Shown here: one piece after another, positions 37,597 to 50,331 of the stretch
Position numbering within the stretch: the first letter of the stretch is position 1
Layout: each line of letters begins with the position of its first letter
Source of the DNA: Lingula anatina
Lineage: Eukaryota; Animalia; Brachiopoda
NCBI GenBank assembly: GCA_051362555.1
Contig: CM120648.1
Location: 7,064,587-7,128,586 of the forward strand
Direction of reading: 5' to 3'
DNA: 64,000 nt
Translations under genes and position numbers: made by a program
Notes under the pieces: model-generated
Databases searched by the model: none
What the model was told of the DNA's origin: nothing
The model's input: the letters and a program-made list of their open reading frames with translations, nothing else

Positions 37597-40500
37597 ATGT
37601 CAGGTAAGGCTAAAAGTCCGCTTGGAGGTCTTCGAATACAAAACCAGTCTTTGCTGCAAAAACTGAGGCAGGGTCAAGTTGATGTGAAGAGGATTTTGGG
37701 TGATTCTTCCCGCATAGGTTCAGGTAGGCAGTGCAGGTCATTACAATTTAAGAGCTAGATTCTACTGCCCCTTTATTTATTTATTTATTTTGTTTCAAAA
37801 TTTATGTGTTTGATTCCTTATTCTGTGGTGATACTGTTGTAAAATGCATATTTAGCTTTTTTTTTTGTTTTCATCAAGTAATTGAAATGAATATGATGAT
37901 AATAAAGGCATAGTGTAAGCCATTACCCAGCTTTAAATTGTATTAAAAAAGTACTAGTATGTACATTCAGGGTTATAAAAGAATTTCATGGTTAAATGAA
38001 AAATGTAGGCATATAAAGTTTTGAAACTGTCAATTTTTCAAATGTTTAAAATATATAATTTATAGGATGCAGTATGCCAATAACCCCAAACAGAAGCCTT
38101 CATAGAAACTTCAGAACCCCTAGAAAGTCGAGAATGTCAAGGAGCTCGGAAAGAAAAGCCCTGAGCAACAGAATAAATATCACAAATGTATCTACACCAT
38201 ATTCACCCATTGTAAAGAGAGGGACCCCAGGATCACAAGAAAAACGTAACGTCAGTTTTGCTCGCAATGTCCACGTCAAGGATACTTCTGGACATGGTTG
38301 GCGAAGCGTTAAAACTCCCAGGCGGTCAGCCATGACTTCCTTGTTGGACACCCCAAAGTCCATCTTGAAAAAGAGGAAACTTATCGATGAAAATATTCCA
38401 GTGAGTTCAAAGTTTCGGCATGAGCCAGACTGGGAGAGGAAGGCAAAGAGGAAACGTTCCTCGTTGAATTTTTCATACAGTGAAGTTGACCAGTCTCCAC
38501 ACCTGGGAGCCGAGTTCACAAAGTCTTTGTTCAGCCCGACTAGTCCCAGGCCTAGGAAAATAGCTGTTAGAACACCTCAGAGGTACAACTTACGTGAGAC
38601 TCCCTCCAGAGTGAGTACACGACTTGAGTCTCATGAAAAAGACTTGCAGACAGAGTCTCCCCCTATACAAATGTCACCCATCAGACCTCTACGCCATCCA
38701 ATAGAGGCTGTGAGAAGGGAATTACCAAGGCCTGTCAGTACACTGTTAGAAGTCCCTGGTAATGAGAGAAAGGGGTCGGATGTTTATAACACAGACAAGA
38801 GACCCAAGTCTGTACTAATCTCAGCGGGGCCCAAAGAACAGGTAGCTATTTATCTTATAAGCCAGGTGAAGAAGACCATTGGCCTTTAAAAGCTATATAT
38901 TAATATATTTTGTTTTTAATTTGGAACTGTCTTAAGTTATAATCAGCAAGTGCATTAGTTTACTTGTTACAAGTTATTTTTTTAGATCCCCAAAGGTTGT
39001 TTATTTTTTTATTTTTTTGAACCTCAATGGCATGTATGGTAACATTCAGATTTAAAAAAACATCATTGATTGGTCTCTTTATTTCTAGAGCTTTGGTAAA
39101 CTCAGTGTTCGGAAAGGCAGGGAAACCAAGAGCAGAGTTCTTGAAGACAGCGTACAACAAGATCATGGAAGGCCATTACTCGGCTATGATTGGATAGCTG
39201 GTCTCCTTGACAACAACCAATCAGTGACTGAGATGCCCGATGCTTACTTTGAACAGTTGAAAGAATTTCGAAGAGTGAACAAAGCGGAGTGTGTCAGCCG
39301 AGCCTTTCCAAGGTGGGGACTGGGGTGTAGGCTGAAGGTTTATATTCATCAGTGTGGGGAAATGTTAAATAGATTCAACTTAAATTTCACCTGGAACACA
39401 GCAAACAAGTCTATAAGTCACATATTTTATTTTCTTCTGATGTTTTGCAGATGAATAATTTTCAGCGCAGTGTGCATCTTAGTCAAATGTGTTCTGGCTA
39501 ATTATGGTGATTAATGTTTTATTAGTGTCGAATTTTAGGGTATTATCAGGCATATATTTTTTAACTGCTGAAAGTATTGAAGAAAAATGTTGTTAAAGTA
39601 AAGTAAACACAGTATTGTTGATAACAACTTTTAATTCAATTGCAGTTATTCAGATGATGATTTCCAACGTCCGGAGGCTTTAACTCCTGAACTCAAATAT
39701 CCAGATCACACATGTGAGTATTGCACAAGTGCTTTTTGCTTGAGAACTTTTCAAAAGAAAAATATTAATCTGTAGCAGTGTCGTTATCCATAAGAGAGAG
39801 TACTTATCTCATAACCAAGTCAGCACATTAAGTCATTTCAGTCCACTGATCATTAGGCCACAGAAAACTTGATCAAAACAAGTAGAAAGAATAAAATAAT
39901 TTCTCTTTTTTTTTTTTCTTCAATCAACAGGTTAATATTATATAGGTTTAGCTAAAATATTTCGATGTCTATCAGTTGTCCAAAACAAATATTAAACTTT
40001 CTGAAGATGACCTCAGTCTATAGAAACCTAGAGATGAAAGTCTTCTGGATTTCTGGATAAAAATTTGTGTGTTGTTTTTATACCCCCTTATTCCCCCTCT
40101 CCAGTCTCACCTTACAGCGATGTGTGCCTTTGGCATTTGCATTTCCAGATTTTTTAAAGATCCACTTTCATCTCTGTATGCCTGTTTGTTGCTTTTTCCA
40201 GGCATTCACACTTACACAATTAACGAGCGTCTGTACCCTGTCCCTGTGAACGAGGCCGAGGATGGGCAGAGCGTGTGTCCAATATGTAACAACCTCAGGA
40301 GGAAACCCACCACAGAATCTCCAGGATATGTCAGGTAAGTGATGGGGAAGACAATAGCCAGAACGTATAAATATTCAGTATTCAATTACCTCAGGAGAAA
40401 AACCCATCACAAAAGCACCAGTGTATGTCAGGTAAATGATGGGTGAGAGGATAGCCAGATCGTATAAATATTGATTATTTAATAACATTAGGATAAAAAC

Positions 40501-42794
40501 CCACCACAGAATCTCCAGGTTATGCCATGTAAGTGATGGGGGATAGGATTGCAAAATTACATAATTATTCCACACTTAACAATGGTTACGGAAAACCCAT
40601 GTAATAGCTGTCTGCTGGCGTTTGCTATGATCTGTCGGTCTGTGAAGTCGGTGTCTTCATTGTCAAACCTCCACCTGTGCACACTCGTCAGACTGATGCT
40701 CAGGGACAAGTTGGATTGAAGTTTACTGAACCAAGTCATCAAAGAAGCACATCCAGATATCTGAATTTCATGGAAACAGATATCTGGATGTGCTTCTTTG
40801 ATATCTGAATTTCATGGATTCTTGAAGGGGCACATGGCATTGTTAATCCACCCATGATCTAACTGTTGTGGTTTATTTTGAAAAATCATGTGCAGAAGTT
40901 TGAAAATGATTCTAAACTTGATTTGTCAATTGTGAGGAAGTGGTAGAAATGATAAAAAGATGCCGAAGGCCTTGAAATGACATCTTCTTGGTCAGATTAT
41001 TATCTGCTTTGATTGTGTTTGTATTCCAGGGTCAGCTTTCCAAGGTCCACTCTCCAAACGCCCTATAAACTTCGGCCACACAGGAGGAAAAGTTTCGACC
41101 CCTCTGACTCTTACGCTTTGTCACAGGTTTGTTATTCTAGCTGTAAAAGGGAGACCTGGTATAGTTAAGAATATTGATAAGTTATTCAATCACATATTCC
41201 TGACATCACAGTTAAAAAACACTTAGACCAGTAAATGTACATGCAAGAAAAGCCCTCACATTTTAGTGCACAATATCAGCCCACTCAGAGGTATAAAATG
41301 CCCAAGTTTTTCTCTACCATATTTTTTAAAATAATTTTATTATTATTGTTGTACTCTCAGTATCTCTGGTTTAGATCTTTTCTGTATGCTCCTCTCTTGT
41401 CTATATGGCCCTGTCACCTTAGCCTGATCAGGATGTTGGTGTTAGTTCAATATTACATTTATGTCACATCAAGATCCTCTTTTTGTATATGTGATCATTT
41501 CTTGCTAGTTATATCTACTTTATGAATAAAATATATGTATTATTATTATTTTATTATTATTATTATTATTAAACACGAGCTTTTCCATGGAATCAAATTA
41601 AGATTTTTACATTTAAACTGATTTGTTCCGGGATTCATCACAAAAAAGTGTCGGGTGCCACAGTAAATTTTCAGATTCTTTTCATATCAAGTTCCATGTC
41701 TGTATTATTATTATTATTGTTATTATTGCAGCATTGCCTGGCGGGCTGGGACAGCTCCAGACCCAGTGGCCAGCCACCTCCCTCTAACCTGGACCTCAGG
41801 GGGATGACTGACGGACTGAAGGCCCAACTAACAGCTGTGAGTAGTAGTAGTAGCAGTAGCAGCAGTAGCAGCAGGAGCAGCAGCAGCAGCAGCAGTAGTA
41901 GCATTAGTAGTAGGAGTACATTTAGTAGCAGTAGCAGTTGTAGTAGTAGTAGTAGCAGCAGTAGTAGCAGTAGTAGTAGTACTAGCATTAGTAGTAGGAG
42001 TACTATTAGTAGTAGTAGTAGTAGACGTCGTTTCAGTAGTCTGATTGGATAACAATTATAAGATTGCCAAGGTGAAGGACATGCATAGATTAAGAATATT
42101 TGTATAGTTGAGAATACCCAGAGTTCTTCTGAATTACCATGTCCGTGATATAAATTCATTTAGTTTTGTCTCTTAATGATCTTCTCTTAATTACAGACTC
42201 TGCCAGAAACACAGAAAATAATCTCCGAGGAGAAACGAGCACTGGAGGAGAGACTAAACAGGTGAGATGGAAAATGTTACCAGTTAGAAATTGGTATCAC
42301 AGTCATTCCCAAATCTTTTATTTATATAAAAACAACAAGCTTTCTTGTTTTTACTAAATAAAATAATTGTGTAGGTTGGAAATCATTTGTTATGGATTTG
42401 ATTGAGTGAACAAGCTTTACTTCTTCCTTGATTTGTTACAATATAAACTTTTATTACAAATGTGGGCAGTTCTTAAATCTTCTTAACCTCCATTACCCCT
42501 TCCCCCTACATTGTTCAGGCCAACTACCTCTCTCGTAAAGAGATTTTGAAAGATGTAAATGTTTAGAAAATTTGCACTTGGTTCCAGCACCAAGCAATTT
42601 ATTAATGTGCAAATACATGCATGTCAATCTTCAGGCTTCGCCCACTGCACATGGTCACCAGAGGGAGACGGCGTCAGTTGACAGACGACCTCCTCAACGT
42701 TTCCCACAGCCTCATGTTTGAACTTCAAAACTTGGAAAGGGAGCGTCTTGGAGCCAAGCGGAACCCTGCCATTGCCTCCTCTTATATACAGTGA
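37597..42794 (+). CDS. MIIP: Migration and invasion inhibitory protein homolog, multi-exon
   Basis: LRIQNQSLLQKLRQGQ N-terminus; RPLLGYDWIAGLLD...YFEQLKEFRRVNKAEC; DHTCIHTYTINERLYPVP...CPIC; YVRVSFPRSTL...[23 protein letters not shown], all matching remembered human MIIP motifs; stop TGA at 42792-42794. Confidence 0.92.
40290..40545 (+). repeat. Tandem triplication (~96-bp unit) of a MIIP exon 3' end and donor site
   Basis: Three diverged copies of ACCTCAGGA..AAACCCACCACAGAATCTCCAGGATATGTCAGGTAAGTGATGGG starting at 40292, 40388 and ~40485. Confidence 0.85.
41838..42025. repeat. (AGT/AGC)n trinucleotide microsatellite
   Basis: Directly visible immediately after the MIIP donor at 41836/41837. 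Confidence 0.92.
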
Positions 42795-45122
42795 TAGCCC
42801 GGATGATGAAAGTTTTATATACAACAAAAAACACCTTAACAAAAAACTGCTTGCAATTTGAGAAGAAACTGATCTCTCAATTTGAAAGATAATAAACCAA
42901 GAAATATGGAAGAAGAGATTATTTTTTTGTTTTGGGAAATTCTTTTTCAAGGTTTCTCCAACCCACGTCATTTGAAGGTTACTAGTACAAGTATTAAGCA
43001 TTAAAACAAATATATGAGGTGATAAAACATTTTCACCTCTCAGTTTTGATTGTAAGGGATAGAGGGGAGGGGGTTGAAAATTAATAGCACTGCAGGCGTG
43101 AGCTTTTTCCATGGAATACCACAATTACAAGATTTTCAATTAAATTTTAATGGGGTCCAACATGGCTTAGATCCCCAGCTGATAGTGTTTGGTCCCACAC
43201 TAATTGTTTTTATTGATTTATTTATTTTAACCGAGATTCATGTCTAGTAATGAAACTTGAAAAAAAGGCTGAAAACTTTCATCTATCATATTAAATGTCC
43301 AGCTAAATAGAAATTGAAAGGAAAAGGACACGTTGGAAGAAAGACAAAAACAAGGGTCGGGTCAATATGAATATTGCCTGAGACACGGGTAGTGATTTTA
43401 TAATTGTGATTGCCATGTGGCATGTGTTGGTGGCATTAACCTTTGGGGGCCAAATTACACTGGGAATCAATACCCTGTGATTATATACCCAAGATTGCGT
43501 GGGTTCTCCTGAAATTTTTTTTCTTATTTCTTCATTGATTTATTATTATTTTTTTATATATATAATTTATTTTATTACTCCTGAATTTTGCTTTTGAAAT
43601 GTGACAAGAAATGTCTTATGGCGATGCTTTTCAGCGATACATTTAAAACTATACTTATTTTTTTAAACAATTTATTTCTGTCGTGTATCTTTGTGAAAAT
43701 AAATGGAACATTTACAAACAGTTAAAAGTCTTCATATTGATTGAACCCAGTAACTCCAATAAACAATAACAAAGTAGATAAATAATGTCATCTCGCTACA
43801 AATTATATCAATATTTTCAAATGGTCCCAAGCGTGGAAAAATATCCATCCCTTTTATTATTTATACTCAACAAGATTTAACTCAAGTAGACCTACACAGA
43901 AGTCGGGTTACAGTTAAAAGTCAATAACACCATAATCTCCATTGTGCGTGTAGGGGCAACCTTTTTTATCTGATCAATTCATTGCACCAAAACTTGCACG
44001 TTGGTAAAGTAATTAAAACTTCAGAGAAGCGTACTGCATCTCATCTTGAGTAAATATGACACGCTAGCTACTACCTTTAGTGGCTTTATCACAATATTTG
44101 TGCTTATTTTGTCTCTTGTTTTGAGCTTCCACTGCTAGTAAGTTACAGCCATGGCTACTTGTAATCTTTTTTGCAAGACCTTATGGGAGAGAGAAAGAGA
44201 ATGAGGTCAAACCCCTTTAAAATAATCGGTCCACCTCGTTAACGTTTTTAAATAAGTCCTGATCCCAACAACGAAGTTTGTTTAACCAAGAAAGTAAATG
44301 ACTTTCACAGCTTAAAGTATCAAAATTCCCGTGAATCCAATGTTCAGTTCAATCGATTGAGATTAATTTAACATGCTCAGTGCTACAAAATCCGGTCAAC
44401 AGATCAAAATAGTCATCACGGAAAGCCTGCATCACTGTGGCCTGACTAATTGTTCTAGTCGACTACTGGCGTGTACCTTCAGCTGACTAATTTAAAAAAA
44501 TGAAAAAATAAATAAATAAAGAGTATTAATTAAAACAAAAGAAGAGAAAAGTATAACCGTCCTCAATAGAAAAGCTCAAACATTTATCGTGCGTTTTACA
44601 AATAGTCTTTGATGGCGGTAAAATTTATGACCATAAGGATTTTGCGAAGCGTAGCCCAGTCAATTGCGACAAAATTTCCCATACAGCAACAAAACTATCA
44701 CGTTTTATTGATAGAGCGATGAAGTAATGTAATTCACACCTAAGCTTAGTTATTATGCGCACAGATTCGTATGATACTGAATACTGTGTTCTAAAAATGG
44801 TCACACCCTGAATCCCAGTGTACCAGACCTTCCTTACCACACCCAGGTGGCGCAAGGGGACCATCAGCAACTCAGGGTAACCAATGGTACACATGTATCG
44901 TGTTTTTATACAATGTAACATTATATTATTTCGTAGTGTCCTCGTGGATATTCAGGTAGAAAAACTTTTCAACATTTTGTTGAAAAATTACTTACAGTGG
45001 TAATAAATAAAATATAGTATTTACATACTAATTTCTTTGCATTAAAAATTTTGTAACAGCCTCCATAAACAAATATTATAGCATTTTGTTGCCCCCATAG
45101 TGAGACATTATATATCACAAAA

Positions 45123-48100
45123 TCAAACTATTGATATGACTGTTACATATTTTGGGTGCGACTCTCGACCATTCTTCTGATCTGGCGGCTTTTTGGTGCC
45201 AGCTTTTTTACTGGACAGTTTTCTAGGTGCAGGAACAGGGTTTTTCGACAAGTTATTCGCCCCAGACCGAACAGAGTGTGAAGCATTCTTAGTTGGGTTA
45301 TTATTATTAAAAGAGCTGTTCAATTTTCTGTTCTCTATCTGAACAACGGACTTGTGACGCACGTTGTCGTAATCGACCGGCGTGGAACCGTTTGTCATGA
45401 CTCCACCATTTGGAATTGCATCTACGGAGTCCGAATCTCTTCCACTGCTGGAATTATCCTCTTGGAACTGTTTTCTGAAATCTCGCAAAGACTTAATATT
45501 CGTTGGCATTATAGGACTTCGCATTGGTCGTGTTGTCTTTTTAATTTGGCTCAAACTTCCCTTTTTGTCAAAATTAGAAGAGGTTTGAGAAACCTGTGGC
45601 GTTTTTGCAGGTGGCTCTACCTGCACATCGTCAGAATCATCCAGCGATATGGTCTCACACTCCGCAAGGGGCTCCAAAGTGGAGTGCCTGTTTTGACGCT
45701 TCAAGCTCCAATCTTGTGTCAAACAGTCGTGGTGATAGTCACTTGACATGTATCCTGTAAATCCCGACGAACTGGGATCAACAACGTATCTTCCTTCGTT
45801 ATCGCGCCTGCCCGCAAAGGCGGTGCTCGAGGACGATGTATCATTGGACGTCGAAGGTCCCCCTTGGGAGGCGCGTGCCAGCATCGGAGTTCCTTTGGAT
45901 ATTGATGGCACCTCCTGCATGTAAAAGTACGCATCCGACCGATCATCCCCCTGTGGTTTGCTGGGCCCATACTGCCTGTGGGATTTAGCGCCGTAAGGGG
46001 TCCTCCCGAAGCTGGACAGTTCATATTTATTACTCTGAGCAAGGGCGGTTTTCCACCATGGCTCCTTACGAGGCTCAGGTGGAACAGGGTCCAGTGAGAT
46101 GTTGGTCAGTTTTTGCTCGTATCGTTTTTTATACCGATGCGGACGTGTGTTTCGACCAAGAGTGCTTTCGGATCTCACATCAGCGTTTTCGGTGTTGGAT
46201 GATGTCACGGAGGCTCCGGCTCCATGAGACATCGTCCCTCGTCGGAAGACCGACTGTAAGCGCACCATCCGCTCGTCTGGAAATAAACACAAAAAACCAA
46301 CGTGACAAATAATCTAAGGCTTTTACCTTCATATTTTGATATTCTGAAATTAATCAGTTTGATTGATTATTTGTTTGAATGAAAGACAGCTAAATCTTCT
46401 AATTATTTTTCGCTTTAAGTTCGTTTCAAAAACTAGCACTGAAAGGGAAACGTTCAAAATATGCTTTTTTCTTCGTTTTTTTAAATCTTTTAAACCAAAT
46501 TGAATCTTCTCAGCAACTTATGGCGCACGGTTTTCCCCACATACCCTCTAGAGCTTTAGACGTCCTAAAATCACACTTGAAGACGACTACTTTATATGCC
46601 TTCCTGTAGCGGGATGACGCCATCCACAAGATGTGAGAGACCACGAGAGCTTCTGCGTGCAGGAACCACAGATACGTGGCCTGCACTGTCCACGGCTCTA
46701 ACTTGTAGATCATGGTGATCACTAATAAGATCTGAAATGTGAAGACGTGTTAAAGCATACAGTTACAAGAAATCATTTTTATTTTCTGGCTAAGACACAC
46801 AGGACTTAGATATATAATGTGCGGACAGATATACAGTGGGTTTACCGCCTGACTCTCATTTTAATTGCGAATAAAAAAGCATTGTAATTTCATAAAGCAT
46901 GCAGCATGCATGTAAGAATAAGAATTTCTTTAAAAATCTTAATGAATATCTTTATATGGATTGACTAATCATTTTTATTACTCATTCATTCAATATTTCT
47001 TCAATTAACGAGTATCAATGTGTAATCATGATGACTACTTTTGTACTTTTGTATACTGTATATCTAACCATCTGTATCTTTACAGTCTTCTGATAGCCTG
47101 AACGAGCCCCCTCCCCCTGGGTCGTATCAATTGGTCCAGAAAATTAGTTAAGATGACATGTAATTGGGCGTTAATGAAAAAACTGCGCTTCTGGGATTAA
47201 CGATTGCTAGCTATTTTTACTATAAAACTTCGAATTGACTCCGTTCATTACTGTAATTGATTATTAACGACATTTATTTACATTTTCTATAGCAGGTGTG
47301 CATTTAAGATTATATGGATTATAGTATAACGATACCGTGTGTGAATAGCTCCGACAATATTATGAATTTGAACGTTGACATTGTTATTAAGAAGTGATTA
47401 CTTACATCTGCGGGGAAAAATTTTGTGCAGTAGGTCGCCAAGGCAATGCATAGTACAAGGGTGCTGTTTAGAACCTCCACTTGTAGTTGGTATTTCAGTC
47501 GATCTTTTCTACCTTGCTCTCCTGACAGACCTAGAAAGTAGCAGATAGAAGTGAATATAAGCCGAGAGGTCAACTGCAGTTGTGACGTAATACTCTAGTG
47601 AATGACGTCACATATTACCAGACTTTACTGCATTTTCTACCTTACTCTCCTGTCAAACCTAAAAATGAATGTCATAAAATTTTAAGGTCTTATGAGGCGT
47701 TTCCAGAACTTGGATAATCTGATATTTTAATTTAAACCGAGAAGTAAGCTGCAGTTGTGACGTAATACTCTAGTGAATCACGTCACATATTACCAGACAT
47801 TACTACAGTTGTTAAGTAATGACTGCATTTGTCGTCAGATCCAATTGAGACGTTGTCTTTTAGGGTATGGCGCCACATATATTCAATCATAATTCAGAGA
47901 CGAAAGAATTTGAGGACATCGGCTCTTAGATGAACAACAGTGAAAATAGTTCCTTACTTAAAGCGGAACATTTTAGCGCCAAGGCTAACTCAGCAGTACT
48001 CAGCTAGAATGTAGATGTTACATTTCACAAAACAATAGGCATAACTTTTTAATGGCCAAATTTTTTATGACATCCTGAAACGTTACTGTGCTTGTTAATT

Positions 48101-50294
48101 AAGGCACTTCATTTACATTTGATTGTATACCACTGCCTGTTACGCGGTATTAAAGCAAATCACAAACATCATTTTTCAATTTGCAAAGAAAAAAACGAGA
48201 ATTAACATGACCTGTGATCGATATTCAACTCAGAAAAATCAATATCTACCAATTAGCAGACATTTGATGAATACAAGTAAGAAATAAGACACTGTTCCAT
48301 CGTATAGTATAGAACCTGTACAGAGTCAAATTTAATGTACAGTTTATCTCGGTGTTGCTGTATGAGAGAGACCCTTGGGATACAGGGTCCAGTTCTTGTT
48401 CATTCCTACATGTAAATCGTGTCCTCGATTTTGACCCACTTGCATCACGCTAACCTGAACCTGTATGAATCACCCTAACCCCCTCCCCCCTCGCATACAC
48501 AAACCAATCCCATCACCCGCAGCCTGCGTACCAGGACACATGAGACGATACACAAGGCTACATCTATGTCATCTAAATCTTTTATAACACGCACACGATC
48601 TCGACTCATTAATTGACAAAGACCTGTCACCTGATGACAATGAATTCATGTGTCCAAATATGTAACACGCTGCTCGTGTATCAGTATCGTATCTCGTTAC
48701 GTATACCTGCTGTGTTATCGAGAGTTCTTGCGTGTATGCAATAAAGGGAACCGGAGAAGATCAGCATTGGTCAGAATTGTGCCGGAAGTGACGTGCAGTG
48801 GTGTTAGAAACGAAGATGAGTGGTCATTTTAACATAGAGGTGAACGGCAGTGAAGACGGGTTGTCGGAGGAAAAAGAAGTTTTCTAAACAACATGGTAAG
48901 TTAACTCTCTTTTTTTATGCATTTTGGGCAGAGAAAACTTGTAGAAATAATAAATGCATGATATGAAAACGTGACACGGAACTTGAAGGTGCAAAATCGT
49001 GCTTAATTTGCGGTCAACTTGTTTAGAAATAAATGCTGCGTCGACCGCCAGCGCGACAAAAAGCGTAAAGGGGAAATAATTCCCGGGAGTCTATAAATCG
49101 TTGTCATGTGGAAATTTGGCATTAATATAATCCGATATGTCCATAATTAAGTATTTTTGGGTGTTTTATTGTATGGGCTGCAATTACAACGATGTTTTAG
49201 AGGTCTTGAAGGACCTTGTGAAAACCAGGAAGTAGTTCGTAACTAACAAGTGGAATGTACCGATCTCCGACTGCTGTGCACAGCTGTATCTTTTTTTCAA
49301 TATATTGACGAATTTTTAGATCTTTATATGTCCATCTGGCATGAAATTCCACACACATGCTCACACTGATATACCTTTTACACTGGGGAAGGCGCTAATC
49401 AGTGACAGATGCCAAGACAAAGGTGACATTCTGACAGCCTCTTATCTGAGTTAAAAATCACTGACAAAAGAGACTGGCAATCAATTTCCTCAGGCTGGCA
49501 ATCATTAGCCTATAGAAATTGGTCATGTTACATCTTATCTACCTGTGAGAATCGTTTTACCAACTAAGTATTGCATAATAATGTCAATTATTAGTACTTT
49601 GAGCTAGTCTTAATTACCTGTCAGCTCACCTGAATTCTCTTTTTGTCTTTTTGGGAAGATCTTGTCAGTGAAATGTTTTATTTGTCCTGTGACAAAAATT
49701 CGTCAATATATTGAAAAAAAGATACAGCTGTGCACAGCAGTCGGAGATCGGTACATTTCACTTGTTAGTTACGAACTACTTCCTTGTTTTCACAAGGTCC
49801 TTCAAGACCTCTAAAACTTCGTTCTAATTGCAGCCCATACCATAAAACACCCCAAAAATACTTAGATATGGACATATCGGATTATATTAATGCCAAATTT
49901 CCACATGGCAACGATTTACAGCCTCCCGGGAATTATTTTCCATTTACACTCTTTGTCGCAATGGTGGTCGATGCAGCATTCATTTTAAAACAAGTTGACC
50001 GCCAATTAAGCACGATTTTGCACCTTCAAGTTCCGTGTCACGTTTTCATATCATGCATTTATTATTTCTACAAGTTTTCTCTGCCCAAAATGCGTAAAGA
50101 AAAAGTGTTATCTTATCATGTTGTTAAGAAAACTTCTTTTTCCTCCGACAACCCGTCTTCACTGCTGTTCACCTCTATGTTAAAATGACCACTCATCTTC
50201 GTTTCTAACACCACTGCACGTCACTTCCGGCACAATTCTGACCAATGCTGATCTTCTCCGGTTCCCTTTATTTAGCCGTCATAAGATTTTCTTG

Positions 50295-50331
<37 letters not shown>

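Noticed and set aside
40557-40742. Coding-like minus-strand ORF in a MIIP intron
   Set aside because: Only 61 aa with no recognisable motif; possibly a decayed TE fragment.
41671-42159. Poly-Leu, poly-Ser and poly-Thr ORFs
   Set aside because: Translations of the (AGT/AGC)n microsatellite.
49784-50188. 134-aa ORF in the right arm of the foldback element
   Set aside because: No transposase motif, and the frame is not reported as open in the left arm.
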